Positions 1-9,519 of a DNA stretch of 64,000 nt are shown here, one piece after another. Position 1 is the stretch's first letter. Every line of letters begins with the position of its first letter. This DNA comes from Gemmatimonadales bacterium (GTDB lineage: Bacteria; Gemmatimonadota; Gemmatimonadetes; Gemmatimonadales; GWC2-71-9): positions 176 to 64,175 of the forward strand of contig JBDTMI010000016.1 of assembly GCA_039934355.1 (NCBI GenBank), written 5' to 3'. Made by a program: the position numbers and the translations under genes. The notes under the pieces are model-generated. The model made no database searches. It was not told where the DNA came from and saw nothing but the letters and a program-made list of their open reading frames with translations.

Positions 1-960
1 AGGCTGGGGCCAGAGTGCGACGTTCCCCTGGCCTGACAGAACGATCTCCGCCGCAAAGGCCTCGCCTTGGCGGCCGGTTGGCGGGGTGAGTGTCTGCCGG
101 ACGGTGAGACCATGGCCGACCGCGCCGAGGAATCCCGGATCACGACCGTCGAGCGGCAGCGCCTGGGCGACGAACGACTCGGGTTCGCTGATGAGCGTAT
201 ACCGCTCGTCCTGACTGAAGAACTGGTAGGCGAGAGGCACGCTGTACTGCAGCTTCGCCGGCAGGACCTTGACGGTGCCCGGCGTGAGCGGAAATACGAT
301 CTGATGCAGCACGAAGAGGTCGTACCACTTTCCGCCCACTTGCCGGGTCGAGGCGATTCCACCGGTCACCGGCTCCTGGTAGCTCCACACGCCATCGAGA
401 TGGGGCGACTCGACCGTCGGCGCCCGGCGCAGATCCTGTCGCAAACCACGCTCGAACCAGGCGATCGTCACCACATCCACCTGCTGCCCAACGACCACCA
501 CCGGGTCGGAGATCGCCACGGTGACGGCGGCTGGTCCGAGGACCCCGGGAGGGGGAGCGCGCTGCAGCAGCCGAGCCAGCCGTGGGCTGAGGTTGGCCGA
601 AACAGCCGGGGGCGTGCCTCCCTCGATCGTGGCCATGATCGGATCTCCGCGGGCGTACGCCGCGCCCTGGAACGCCTCCACCGGACCGAGCCTCCACTCC
701 CCTGGTGCCTCGGCACGGAGCCGGAGTTCGATGACCGTGCTGCGGCCGGTCGCGGTGACATCGCTCCGCTCGGAACGCGACTCGAGGTCGAACCCGCCGA
801 GCTTGGGGAGCGCGACCCGAATCGTCTCGGGTTGACCGCTGGTGACCCGCACAGTGAGCGTGAGGATTTCGCCGGGCGAGACACGATCCCGGTCCACCCC
901 CAGGATGACTTCGAGGCGGGCCGGCTGCTGAAGCGCGAGCAGAAGCAGCGCGGCGATCAC
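1..960 (-). CDS. batD: BatD-like protein, 3' end runs off the window (absent from the ORF track)
   Basis: Translated by hand from GTG at 960, which overlaps the upstream stop (GTGA): VIAALLLLALQQPARLEVILGVDRDRVSPGEILTLTVRV...QIVFPLTPGTVKV...GAVGHGLTV...GQGNVALWPQP. Open to base 1, signal-peptide-like start, positioned after the VWA/TPR genes. Confidence 0.75.
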   Translation of the reverse strand, partial: MIAALLLLALQQPARLEVILGVDRDRVSPGEILTLTVRVTSGQPETIRVALPKLGGFDLESRSERSDVTATGRSTVIELRLRAEAPGEWRLGPVEAFQGAAYARGDPIMATIEGGTPPAVSANLSPRLARLLQRAPPPGVLGPAAVTVAISDPVVVVGQQVDVVTIAWFERGLRQDLRRAPTVESPHLDGVWSYQEPVTGGIASTRQVGGKWYDLFVLHQIVFPLTPGTVKVLPAKLQYSVPLAYQFFSQDERYTLISEPESFVAQALPLDGRDPGFLGAVGHGLTVRQTLTPPTGRQGEAFAAEIVLSGQGNVALWPQP

Positions 961-2591
961 CAGTCTTTCTCTGTGCTGAGAGGATTGTGCGCCTTGCCGA
1001 GGCGGCGCACCCGCGTGTCCCGCTCTTCCCGGGAAACGGAATTGAGAATCTGCTCCGCCTGGGCCTGCGACAGGTTGGGCGTCGCCCGCCCCGCCCCGCC
1101 CTGCCCCGCCTGGGGATCCTGCGGCTGCTGCCCCTGCGGCGGCGGCGGTTGAGGCGAATTGCCCCCTCCACCGGAAGGTGGTGGCGGCCGCCGCCGCTCG
1201 GCGAGTTCCAGATTCCACTTGGCGCGACGGCTGCCCGGGACGAGACTCAATGCGTCGCGCAGGTTGTCGCTGGCATCGGCCAGCAGCGAATCCCTCGCGC
1301 TGCTGTCGGTACCCGCCTGCCGGAGCGCGGCGACCCCTTCATTGTAGAGGGCCCGATAGCGCAGGTCGGGATCGAGCGAGCGTCCGGCCCGGGCCAACGC
1401 CTTGCGCGCCCCGACGTAGTTGCCGGCGGCGAGCAGCGCGGTCCCGGCGTTGTACCACGCTGTGTCAGGCGACTGCTCGGTGAGCCGGCGCACCAGCAAC
1501 GCCGCCGCCTCCGCCATTTTCCCCTGGCGCCATTCGGCCTCGCCCGGCGCGGTGCGTTGCGCGGAGGCTTGACGGCAAAGCAACACCGCCGCGATCGACA
1601 CCAGCGCCGCGGTCCGACGACTGACGGTCTGCGCCGCCAGGCAGGTCGCCGCAATCAACGCGGGAATCCAGACCAGCGGCAGCAAATCCTGGGTGCTGGA
1701 GCTGGAGGTCGGCACCCGCTGATATGCCGAGAGCAGCTCGCGCACCGCGCCCGCCTGATCCGACAACTCTGCCGGCACCAGTGCGCCTTCAGCCGCGTCG
1801 GCGACCTTCTGCAACACATCGTCCCGCCGGCGGGTCTCTACCGTCTTGCCCTCCTCATCCAGCTTGTACTCGACCACCTGTCCGGTACTGTCCCGCAGCG
1901 GAATGGGCACCGGTCGCGGTGTTCCCTCGGCGACCAGCACCAGCCGCACCTGTTCCTCGCGCAGGCGCTTGGCCGCCGCGATGACGTCCGGGAGCGAATC
2001 GTGCGTCTCGCCATCGCTGAAGACCACCAGGACGCGATCGCCGGCTTCGCGCGATGCGTTAAGCAGTTCCATCCCCTGGGTGAGGGCGGCGGCGAGGCCG
2101 GTGCCGCCCTGACTGGCGAGCTCGGGGCTCAGCGCGTCAAGGAACAGGGTGACCGCGCCACCGTCGAGGGTCAGCGGGCTCAGGATATAACTCCGGCCGG
2201 CAAAGGCCACGAGGCCGACCCGGTCCTGACTCAGATCCTGGACCAGGCGGCGCGCTTCCTGGACCGCTCGTCCCAGCCGACTGGGGCGGGTGTCCTCGGC
2301 CAGCATCGAACGGCTTATGTCGACCGCGAGGACCACGCTCAAGGACTGGGTCTGCACCTTGACCGTCGCGCGTCCGCCCCGGGGGCCGGCCAATCCGATC
2401 ACCGCCGCGAGTGCGGCGATGGCGAGGAGCACCGGGCCCCACTTTCCGGTCGCGCGGGCCTGCTGCTCCAGTTCAGCCGACCAACTCGCCGCACGCACGA
2501 TCCGACGCCGCCGGGCCAGCAAGGCAAGCCCGCCGAGCAGGAGGGCGATGAGTGGCGCGAGGGCGAGGAGGACGGGTGCGTCGAAGCTCAT
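957..2591 (-). CDS. VWA domain plus TPR protein (BatB-BatC-like fusion)
   Basis: N-terminal TM segment, MIDAS DISRSM, GLVAFAG, SDGE; TPR repeats (AWYNAGTALL, ALYNEG, AKWNLELA); Q/P-rich linker; C-terminal EKDW typical of BatC. Confidence 0.85.
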   Translation of the reverse strand: MSFDAPVLLALAPLIALLLGGLALLARRRRIVRAASWSAELEQQARATGKWGPVLLAIAALAAVIGLAGPRGGRATVKVQTQSLSVVLAVDISRSMLAEDTRPSRLGRAVQEARRLVQDLSQDRVGLVAFAGRSYILSPLTLDGGAVTLFLDALSPELASQGGTGLAAALTQGMELLNASREAGDRVLVVFSDGETHDSLPDVIAAAKRLREEQVRLVLVAEGTPRPVPIPLRDSTGQVVEYKLDEEGKTVETRRRDDVLQKVADAAEGALVPAELSDQAGAVRELLSAYQRVPTSSSSTQDLLPLVWIPALIAATCLAAQTVSRRTAALVSIAAVLLCRQASAQRTAPGEAEWRQGKMAEAAALLVRRLTEQSPDTAWYNAGTALLAAGNYVGARKALARAGRSLDPDLRYRALYNEGVAALRQAGTDSSARDSLLADASDNLRDALSLVPGSRRAKWNLELAERRRPPPPSGGGGNSPQPPPPQGQQPQDPQAGQGGAGRATPNLSQAQAEQILNSVSREERDTRVRRLGKAHNPLSTEKDW

Positions 2592-3562
2592 GGCGTGCGC
2601 ACCACCAGCGTGGCATTCAGGAGCAGCTCGAGCGCGAGGAGGAACATTCCTGCGAGCAGCAGCGGCTTGGCGATCTCATCGTACTTCACGTAACGTGTCA
2701 CGTGAATGGGAGTCTTCTCCAGTCCGTCGATCTGGTGGAAGATCCGGCTGAGCGCCTCGCTGTCCTTGGCCCGGAAATACCGTCCACCGGTGCTCGCGGC
2801 GATGTCGCGCAGCAGCGGTTCATCGATCTTGACTGGCAGGATCTCATAGCGAAACCCGGAGAGACCGCGTCCGGTGGGAATCGGTGCCTCCCCCTCGGTC
2901 CCCACCCCGATCGTGTAGACCTTGATCCCCAGCGCCGCAGCGGCCCCGGCTGCCGTGCGGGGATCGACGGTGCCCCGGTTGTTCTCCCCATCGGTCAGGA
3001 GGAGGATCACTTTCGATTTGCCGGGTGCCTCACGGAGACGATTCACCGCGGTCGCGAGTCCGGTGCCGATCGCCGTGCCATCCTCCAGCAATCCGATGCG
3101 GAGGTCATTGACCGCCTGCTCCAGCACGGGATAGTCCACCGTGATCGGCACCTGCGTCAGCGCCTCGCCGGCAAATGCGACCACGCCGATGCGGTCCGCC
3201 GTGCGTCCGCGGATGAATGTGATGGCCTGCTGCTTGGCGACTTCCATCCGATTCGACGGGGCAAAATCCTCGGCGAGCATGCTGCTGGAAATGTCGACCG
3301 CGATCACGATTGCGATGCCTTCTTTCTTCACCTCCACCTGCGATCCACCCAGCCGCGGGCCAGCGGCGGCAATCGACCACGCGGCGAACGCCAGCGCCCG
3401 CAGTGCCGGCGGCACGCGGGGCAGCCACCGTCGTCCTCCCACGGCACTGACCAGGCGCAGGTCGCTGTAACGCGTCCCGCCCGGGATTCGGCGCCGCCGC
3501 CACCACCACCACCCGAGCGGGAGCAACAGGATGAGCAGCAGCCACGGGCGCGCGAAACTCAC
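2588..3562 (-). CDS. batA: VWA domain protein BatA
   Basis: GTG start (VSFARPWLLL) overlaps upstream stop; DISSSM, DRIGVVAFAG, GTAIG, LLTDGENN, TGGRYFRA. Confidence 0.9.
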   Translation of the reverse strand: MSFARPWLLLILLLPLGWWWWRRRRIPGGTRYSDLRLVSAVGGRRWLPRVPPALRALAFAAWSIAAAGPRLGGSQVEVKKEGIAIVIAVDISSSMLAEDFAPSNRMEVAKQQAITFIRGRTADRIGVVAFAGEALTQVPITVDYPVLEQAVNDLRIGLLEDGTAIGTGLATAVNRLREAPGKSKVILLLTDGENNRGTVDPRTAAGAAAALGIKVYTIGVGTEGEAPIPTGRGLSGFRYEILPVKIDEPLLRDIAASTGGRYFRAKDSEALSRIFHQIDGLEKTPIHVTRYVKYDEIAKPLLLAGMFLLALELLLNATLVVRTP

Positions 3563-4374
3563 CGGACCCCTCCCGCCGGAGTCGTGATGCGCTGCGCCAG
3601 GTCCATCGCGCGAGTGGCGAGGGCAAGGGATTCGCCCTGCCCGGTCTCGCTGAACTGGGCGACTTCCAGCGCCCGCAACACCGTCGCCAGCTCCGGGACG
3701 GGCCATTGGGGCCGCTGCTCCTCCATGATCCGCACCAGGCGACTGTCGACCAGACCGGCGGGAACGCCGGGTAGCTGACCGAGCATCGCCAGGCGCAACA
3801 CCCGATGCGCGATCGCGGCGACGGCTCGGCTTTCACCCGCCTCACTCCACGCATCGAGTGGCAGCGCGGTGGGACCGGCGGAGGGCACCATCGCGGGCAT
3901 GGGGGGACCACGACGACGCCACCACCACCGGATTGGCAGAAAGAGGAGGGTGGCGAGCAGGAGAAAGGCGACGAGCGGCCACGGCTCAGTGATCCGCTGA
4001 CTCACGAGCCCCGCCTCGGGCTGGACCGCCAGGCGCTCCGGAGCGGTATCGGCGGGCAACACGCTGAGGACCTGCAGGGTGCGGCTCTCCGGGGGCAGCG
4101 AATCGGTGCGGCCATCCGGCAGGACGATCACCGGCCCCGGGACGACGACGGTGTGGGTTCCGGTCCGCCACGCCACCGCGGGATACCGGATCGTCGCCTC
4201 ACCACCTGCGCGCTGGACGATCGGGCGACCCAGCAGCCCGATGTCACCCTCCGGCAGCCACTCCCCGGGCCGCACGTCAGCGCCCGCCGGAAGCGTGACC
4301 GTGCGCTCGATCCAGATCGTGTCGCCGACGGTGGGAAGGCCAGCCTGCAAGAGCAGGAGCAGCGCGATGCTCAT
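3559..4374 (-). CDS. Hypothetical membrane-anchored protein of the Bat operon (Ig-like N-terminus, TM, helical tail)
   Basis: Coupled overlaps on both sides; TVGDTI start motif; TM segment WPLVAFLLLATLLFLPIRWWW. Confidence 0.7.
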   Translation of the reverse strand: MSIALLLLLQAGLPTVGDTIWIERTVTLPAGADVRPGEWLPEGDIGLLGRPIVQRAGGEATIRYPAVAWRTGTHTVVVPGPVIVLPDGRTDSLPPESRTLQVLSVLPADTAPERLAVQPEAGLVSQRITEPWPLVAFLLLATLLFLPIRWWWRRRGPPMPAMVPSAGPTALPLDAWSEAGESRAVAAIAHRVLRLAMLGQLPGVPAGLVDSRLVRIMEEQRPQWPVPELATVLRALEVAQFSETGQGESLALATRAMDLAQRITTPAGGVR

Positions 4375-5255
4375 CGCTGCAACCGTCGGGTGCGCAGGGC
4401 AAAGGCCCGCCGCAGCGCACTGGCGTACTCGCGCGACGTATCAAGCAGCACGTGATCGACTCCAGCGGCGCCGAAGGCGCGGCTTCGCTCCTCCCGGCGC
4501 TTTTCCGCCAGGGCGCGCAGCCGCCCGCGCGTGGCACGGTCGCCGCTGTCCACCACACGCCGCTGGCCGGTCTCGGCATCCTCGAGATCGAGCCAGCCGG
4601 CATCAGGAAGATTCACTTCGCGCGGATCCTCGACCGCGATGGCGACAACATCGTGACGGACGCCGAGCTGCCGCAGCGGCTGCTCCCAGTCCTGGGCCAG
4701 AAAATCCGATAGCACCACGACGATGCTCCGGTGCCGCAGCAACCCGGTGGCGTAGCGCAGCGCGGCGGCGAGGTCGGTCCGGCGATTGCCCGGATGGAAG
4801 GCCACCAGATCGCGGATGACCCGGAGCGCATGCCGCCGGCCTTTCGCGGGCGGAATGACCCGTTCGATCTTGTCGGCGAAGAGCAGCGCCCCCACCCGAT
4901 CGTTGGTGTTGGCCGCGGCCAGCGCAAGCACGGAGGCGACTTCGATCGCCAGCGCCGACTTGGTGCGCGGCGTACCGAACCAGGTGGATCCCGAAAGATC
5001 CACGATCAGGAGCAGGGTCAGCTCCCGCTCCTCCATGTACGTCTTGATGTAGGGGTGACCGAGACGGGCGGAGACGTTCCAGTCGATGGAGCGGAAGTCG
5101 TCGCCGTGCTCGTACTGCCGCACTTCGGCGAACTCTAGGCCCTGCCCCCGGAAGACGGAGCGATACTCGCCGGCAAAGAGACTGGTCACCAGCCCACGCG
5201 AGCGGAGCTCGATGGCCCGGACCTGCTTCAGGATGTCGGGGGAGATGGGGGGCAT
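4371..5255 (-). CDS. DUF58 family protein
   Basis: GEYRSVFRGQGLEFAEVRQYEHGDDFRSIDWNVSAR, EERE, SDF; follows moxR. Confidence 0.93.
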   Translation of the reverse strand: MPPISPDILKQVRAIELRSRGLVTSLFAGEYRSVFRGQGLEFAEVRQYEHGDDFRSIDWNVSARLGHPYIKTYMEERELTLLLIVDLSGSTWFGTPRTKSALAIEVASVLALAAANTNDRVGALLFADKIERVIPPAKGRRHALRVIRDLVAFHPGNRRTDLAAALRYATGLLRHRSIVVVLSDFLAQDWEQPLRQLGVRHDVVAIAVEDPREVNLPDAGWLDLEDAETGQRRVVDSGDRATRGRLRALAEKRREERSRAFGAAGVDHVLLDTSREYASALRRAFALRTRRLQR

Positions 5256-5259
5256 GGAA

Positions 5260-5370
5260 GCCGTGAGCCGTTGGCCGTTAGCCGTTAGCCGTTAGCGGGC
5301 GGGCGGTGGTACCAGATCGGATCGCCATCGGGACCGGAGCTCCAACAGCTAATGGCCAATGGCCAATGGC
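5260..5370. repeat. Inverted heptamer tandem-repeat cassette: (GCCGTKR)x5, spacer, (YAAYRGC)x4
   Basis: gccgtga gccgttg gccgtta gccgtta gccgtta at 5260-5294; caacagc taatggc caatggc caatggc at 5343-5370. Confidence 0.9.
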
Positions 5371-5372
5371 CG

Positions 5373-6356
5373 TCATGGCACCGGCACCGCATCCAGGATC
5401 CGGGTCACGACCTGATCGCTGTCCACCTCTTCGGCCTCCGCCTCGAAGGTCAGCAGCACGCGGTGGCGCATGACGTCGAGGGCCAGGGCGCGCACATCTT
5501 CGGGAATCACGTAGCCGCGGCCCCGCAGGTAGGCGTGCGCCTTGGCCGCCTGGGCCAGCGCGATCGACGCCCGCGGAGAGGCGCCGAATGCCACCAGCGG
5601 CTTGAGATTTGGCAGCCCCACCACCGAGGGATCCCGGGTGGCCCGCACCAGATCCACGACATAGTCGACGATCTTCTGGTCGAGGTAGGTCGCGGCGATG
5701 GTTTCGCGGAGGGCGAGAATCGTGGTGGGATCGAGCAACTGGCGGACCGGGGCATCGATCAGGCCGGTGCGACGCAGCAACACTTCCTTTTCCTGGTCCC
5801 GAGTGGGATAGCCCACCCGCACCTTGAGCATGAACCGGTCGAGCTGGGCTTCCGGCAATGGATAGGTGCCTTCGTTCTCGATCGGATTCTGCGTCGCGAG
5901 CACCAGGAAGGGCTCTTCCAGCGGGAAGCTGGTGCCACCGATCGTGACCTGATGCTCCTGCATCGCTTCCAGCAGCGCGGCCTGCACCTTGGCCGGGGCG
6001 CGGTTGATTTCGTCGGCCAGCACGATCTGCGCGAAGACCGGCCCCTTCTTGACCCGGAACTCCTGCACCTTCTGGTCGTAGATCATCGTCCCGATCAGGT
6101 CCGCCGGCAGCAGGTCCGGCGTGAACTGAATCCGGGAGAAGCTGACGTCGACGATCTGCGCGAGGGTGCGAACCGCGAGTGTCTTGGCCAGCCCAGGCAC
6201 ACCTTCGAGCAGAATATGGCCGCCGGTCAGCAGGCCGATCAGGAGCCGCTCGATCATGACTTCCTGGCCTACGATGCGACGGCCAACTTCGGTCACGACC
6301 TGTTGCGCCGGCCCGGGGTCCACGGTGCGGGTCTGGAGAGAAGGGCGTGCGGTCAT
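5373..6356 (-). CDS. moxR: MoxR family AAA+ ATPase
   Basis: Walker A GVPGLAKT, RIQFTPDLLPAD, DEINRA, ATQNPIE, PLPEAQLDRF, GASPRA. Confidence 0.96.
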   Translation of the reverse strand: MTARPSLQTRTVDPGPAQQVVTEVGRRIVGQEVMIERLLIGLLTGGHILLEGVPGLAKTLAVRTLAQIVDVSFSRIQFTPDLLPADLIGTMIYDQKVQEFRVKKGPVFAQIVLADEINRAPAKVQAALLEAMQEHQVTIGGTSFPLEEPFLVLATQNPIENEGTYPLPEAQLDRFMLKVRVGYPTRDQEKEVLLRRTGLIDAPVRQLLDPTTILALRETIAATYLDQKIVDYVVDLVRATRDPSVVGLPNLKPLVAFGASPRASIALAQAAKAHAYLRGRGYVIPEDVRALALDVMRHRVLLTFEAEAEEVDSDQVVTRILDAVPVP

Positions 6357-6398
6357 GAGGCAGGGAGTAGGGAGTAGGGAGTAGGCGGTAGGAAGTAG
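6357..6398. repeat. Heptamer tandem repeat (GGAGTAG-like) x6 abutting the moxR start
   Basis: gaggcag ggagtag ggagtag ggagtag gcggtag gaagtag. Confidence 0.85.
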
Positions 6399-6460
6399 GC
6401 GATTGCACGCTCCGACATCTCCAAGCTAATGAGATGCCGGATGCAGCAAAGTGGGTCACA

Positions 6461-7477
6461 TCACCGTTTCGGTCTGCGATCCCGGTCGGAGGAAGGGCGC
6501 GGCTTGGCCGACCGGATGTCCTTGCGGCGCGACTCCCCGCGGGAGTCACGGGTCCCTGCCCCGCCGGCACGTTCCGTCCTGGGGCGCGCTCCGGTCGGAC
6601 CGGGCTTTGCCTGTGACTTGGTGGCGGCGCGCTTCGCCTCACGCTTTTCGATGAAGCTCGTCCGGGGTGCTGGCTTCCCTTCCCGATCACGTTTGCCGGT
6701 TCCGCGGTGCCCGCCCTCCCCCGGTTCCCGCGCCCGCGGGCGCTTCATCATGGGACCCTCGCTCATCTTGATCGAGCGATAGATCATCTCCTCCTCATCC
6801 GGCGTCAGCGGCCGGGACTGTCCGGAGGGAAGGTCACCAAGCCGCACCGGGCCATACGTCAACCGGGCCAGCCGCTCAACCTTGAGCCCCATCTCCTCGC
6901 ACCAGCGGCGCACCACGCGATTTCTGCCTTCCACCAGCGTCAGATCGATCAGGGTGCGCCCCTCCTTGCCAGGCCGAACCCGGACTCGGGTCGCCTCCAC
7001 CTTGCGTCCGTCCAGGATGACCGGCTGCGTCACCGCCTGACTCACTTCCGCGGTCGGGCGCCCGTGCACCATCGCGACGTAGCTGCGGGGGATCCGGTAT
7101 TTCGGATGGGTGAGCCGGTGGATCGCGTCGCCATCCGTGGTGAGCAGCAGCAGCCCCGTCGTCATGACGTCGAGGCGCCCGACGTACGCCAGACCGCGCG
7201 GCTCCTTGATGAAATCGAAGACGGTGCGGCGGCCTTCTTCGTCGTCCGCGGTGGTGACGACACCTAGCGGCTTGTGGAAGGCGAGCCAGCGGCGCTCGAT
7301 CCGTGGCAGCGGTCGGCCACCCACCGTGATGCGCTGTTTGTCGGGGTCGACCTTCATGCCGAGAGTGGCGACCTTGCCATCGACCCGGATGTTGCCCGCC
7401 TCGATCAGCACCTCGGCAGCCCGACGGCTGGCGATTCCCGCGCGGGCCAGGGCCCGTTGCAACCGCATTTCACTCAT
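6461..7477 (-). CDS. rluB: rRNA pseudouridine synthase (RluB/RsuA family) with basic C-terminal tail
   Basis: S4 domain RLQRALARAGIASRR; VGRLD catalytic motif; EGRNR; follows scpB. Confidence 0.9.
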   Translation of the reverse strand: MSEMRLQRALARAGIASRRAAEVLIEAGNIRVDGKVATLGMKVDPDKQRITVGGRPLPRIERRWLAFHKPLGVVTTADDEEGRRTVFDFIKEPRGLAYVGRLDVMTTGLLLLTTDGDAIHRLTHPKYRIPRSYVAMVHGRPTAEVSQAVTQPVILDGRKVEATRVRVRPGKEGRTLIDLTLVEGRNRVVRRWCEEMGLKVERLARLTYGPVRLGDLPSGQSRPLTPDEEEMIYRSIKMSEGPMMKRPRAREPGEGGHRGTGKRDREGKPAPRTSFIEKREAKRAATKSQAKPGPTGARPRTERAGGAGTRDSRGESRRKDIRSAKPRPSSDRDRRPKR

Positions 7478-8064
7478 GATTCCGAAGGCACGGAGGCGGC
7501 GGAAGAATCCCCATCGGGGGTCGTCATGACATGCGGCTGGAGGGCGACGGTGAACTCCTCCGTCCGGGGCAATTCGGCCAGATCGCGCAGGCCCAGCAAT
7601 TCCAGGAATAGCGCGGTGGACCCATAGAGCAACGGGCGACCCATCGTCTCGCTTCGGCCGACGACCTCGATCAACCCGCGCTCCTGCAGGCTGCGCAGGA
7701 CGCCCCCGGCCGACACGCCCCGGATCTCCTCAATCTCCGCCCGCCCCACGGGCTGGCGATACGCGATGACCGCGAGCGTTTCCAGGGCGGCCGAGGTCAG
7801 TCGTGGCGTGCGCATCGTGATCTGGGCCCGCTCGATCGCTTCGGCGAAGACCCGGCGCGAGAGGACCTGATAGCCACCGGCCAGCTCGATGACCTCGACG
7901 GCGTGTCCGTCGAAGTCGTAGTGCTCGCGGAGCTCGTCGAGCGCGGTGCGGACATCGGCCAGCGCGGCATCGGGATCGAGAGTCTGCAGCTCTTCGACCG
8001 TCAGCGGCCGGTTCGCCGCGAACATCGCGGCTTCAATCAACTGGGTCAGTGGTGTCAGCGGCAT
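7474..8064 (-). CDS. scpB: SMC-Scp complex subunit ScpB
   Basis: IEAAMFA, AGGYQ, ALETLAVIAYRQPV, IEEIRGV, GRPLLYG. Confidence 0.95.
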   Translation of the reverse strand: MPLTPLTQLIEAAMFAANRPLTVEELQTLDPDAALADVRTALDELREHYDFDGHAVEVIELAGGYQVLSRRVFAEAIERAQITMRTPRLTSAALETLAVIAYRQPVGRAEIEEIRGVSAGGVLRSLQERGLIEVVGRSETMGRPLLYGSTALFLELLGLRDLAELPRTEEFTVALQPHVMTTPDGDSSAASVPSES

Positions 8065-8830
8065 CGGCGGCAGGGACCAGGGTGGCCGGAGTCGACTCCG
8101 GAGGCGTCTCTCGGCGAATCATGAATGGGGCGAACGGCACCGGCTGCGCCAGGGAGACGGCGCCGCGGCGGGCCAGTTCGAGCAGGGCGAGCAGTGTGGA
8201 CAGCACATCGACGATCGTGGGGTGCGGACCCAGCGCTTCGAGCCAGGAAAACTCGGCCTTTTCCACCAACAACGCTTCCAGTCGGCGGAAGGCGCCCTCG
8301 GTATCCAAGGGCCGGGCCACGACACTGTGCAGCACCGGCGAGGGGATCGCCGCAATCACCGTCTCGACCGCCTTGAGCAGGGCGACGAGATCCATGGTGA
8401 GCGGCAGCGGCGGCAGCTCGGGCGGCGGCGGCAGGTAGCCCCGGGGATGCTGGTCGGCCCGGCGCTCCACGGCGCGCTCGAACCAGCTGGCGACTTCCTT
8501 GACGAGCTGGTATTCGAGCAACCGGCGCACCAGCTCCGAGCGCGGGTCCTCCCATCCTTCCTCCCCATCGCGCCGGGGAAGCAGCATCTGCACTTTCAGG
8601 CGCAGCAGGCGCCCGGCCATCTCCAGATAGTCCGCCGCCTGATTCAGGCCGAGGCCACCGATGGCATGCAGAAACTGATCGGCGATCCGCGCGATAGGTA
8701 TGTCCGCAATGTCGATCCGCTCTTCGCGCAACAGATGAAGCAGCAGGTCGAGCGGCCCGGAGAACTGGTCCAGCTGGACCACGAAGCCGGGATCGGCACC
8801 GAGCGCGGCGGTCGGGGCGGGTCGGCTCAT
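8033..8830 (-). CDS. scpA: Segregation/condensation protein ScpA (kleisin)
   Basis: ATG at 8830; FSGPLDLLLHL, EDPRSELVRRLLEY, LALLELAR. Confidence 0.93.
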   Translation of the reverse strand: MSRPAPTAALGADPGFVVQLDQFSGPLDLLLHLLREERIDIADIPIARIADQFLHAIGGLGLNQAADYLEMAGRLLRLKVQMLLPRRDGEEGWEDPRSELVRRLLEYQLVKEVASWFERAVERRADQHPRGYLPPPPELPPLPLTMDLVALLKAVETVIAAIPSPVLHSVVARPLDTEGAFRRLEALLVEKAEFSWLEALGPHPTIVDVLSTLLALLELARRGAVSLAQPVPFAPFMIRRETPPESTPATLVPAADAADTTDPVD

Positions 8831-9519
8831 CCCCGGGTGGTGAAATTCCAGATGTCGCCCAGCCCGTAGGGCGCGACCCAGGTGATCAGTGAGCTGGTGA
8901 GCCATCGAGCCGGGAACAGGAAGAAATCGACCAGCGGGCGGAACAGAAAGAGCACCGCCATCAGCGGCAGGAATCCAAACTGGCCGAGCTGCCGGTAGCG
9001 GGCGCCCCACGCCGGCGGCAGCGCGTGAAACAGGAGGTGGGAGCCGTCGAGCGGGGGAATCGGGATCAGGTTGAAGAAGCAGAGCATGAGATTGAGCCAG
9101 ACGCCCCACATCATCATGCGCTGGAGAATGCCGAGACCATCCGCCACACCGGGCGCCGCGTGCCCGATCATGCCGAGCACCAGGAAGATGGCGGAGCAGC
9201 AGAGCGCGATCAGGAAGTTTGTGATGACACCGGCAGACGAGACGATCAGATCGCCCTGGACATACTTGCGATACTTGCGCGGCACCACCGGCACCGGCTT
9301 GGCGCCGCCGAAGGTGAAGGCGCCGCCCGACGCGAACCAGAGGACCGCCGGCAGCAGAATCGTCATCCACGGATCGATGTGGGGCAGCGGATTCAGGGTA
9401 ACCCGGCCCAGCATGTACGCGGTATCGTCACCCTGCCAGAGCGCGGTGCGGGCGTGGGCGTACTCATGCGCCACGAACGAAAACAGCAGGACGGGCGCAA
9501 TCAGGATGAATTCACGCAG
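8827..9519 (-). CDS. Site-2 protease (peptidase M50) family; start uncertain, possibly CTG
   Basis: HEYAH zinc motif, GRVTLNPLPHID, FNLIPIPPLDGS. The frame extends upstream of 9474 as LREFILIAPVLLFSFVAHE with no ATG/GTG/TTG. Confidence 0.88.
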   Translation of the reverse strand: MREFILIAPVLLFSFVAHEYAHARTALWQGDDTAYMLGRVTLNPLPHIDPWMTILLPAVLWFASGGAFTFGGAKPVPVVPRKYRKYVQGDLIVSSAGVITNFLIALCCSAIFLVLGMIGHAAPGVADGLGILQRMMMWGVWLNLMLCFFNLIPIPPLDGSHLLFHALPPAWGARYRQLGQFGFLPLMAVLFLFRPLVDFFLFPARWLTSSLITWVAPYGLGDIWNFTTRG

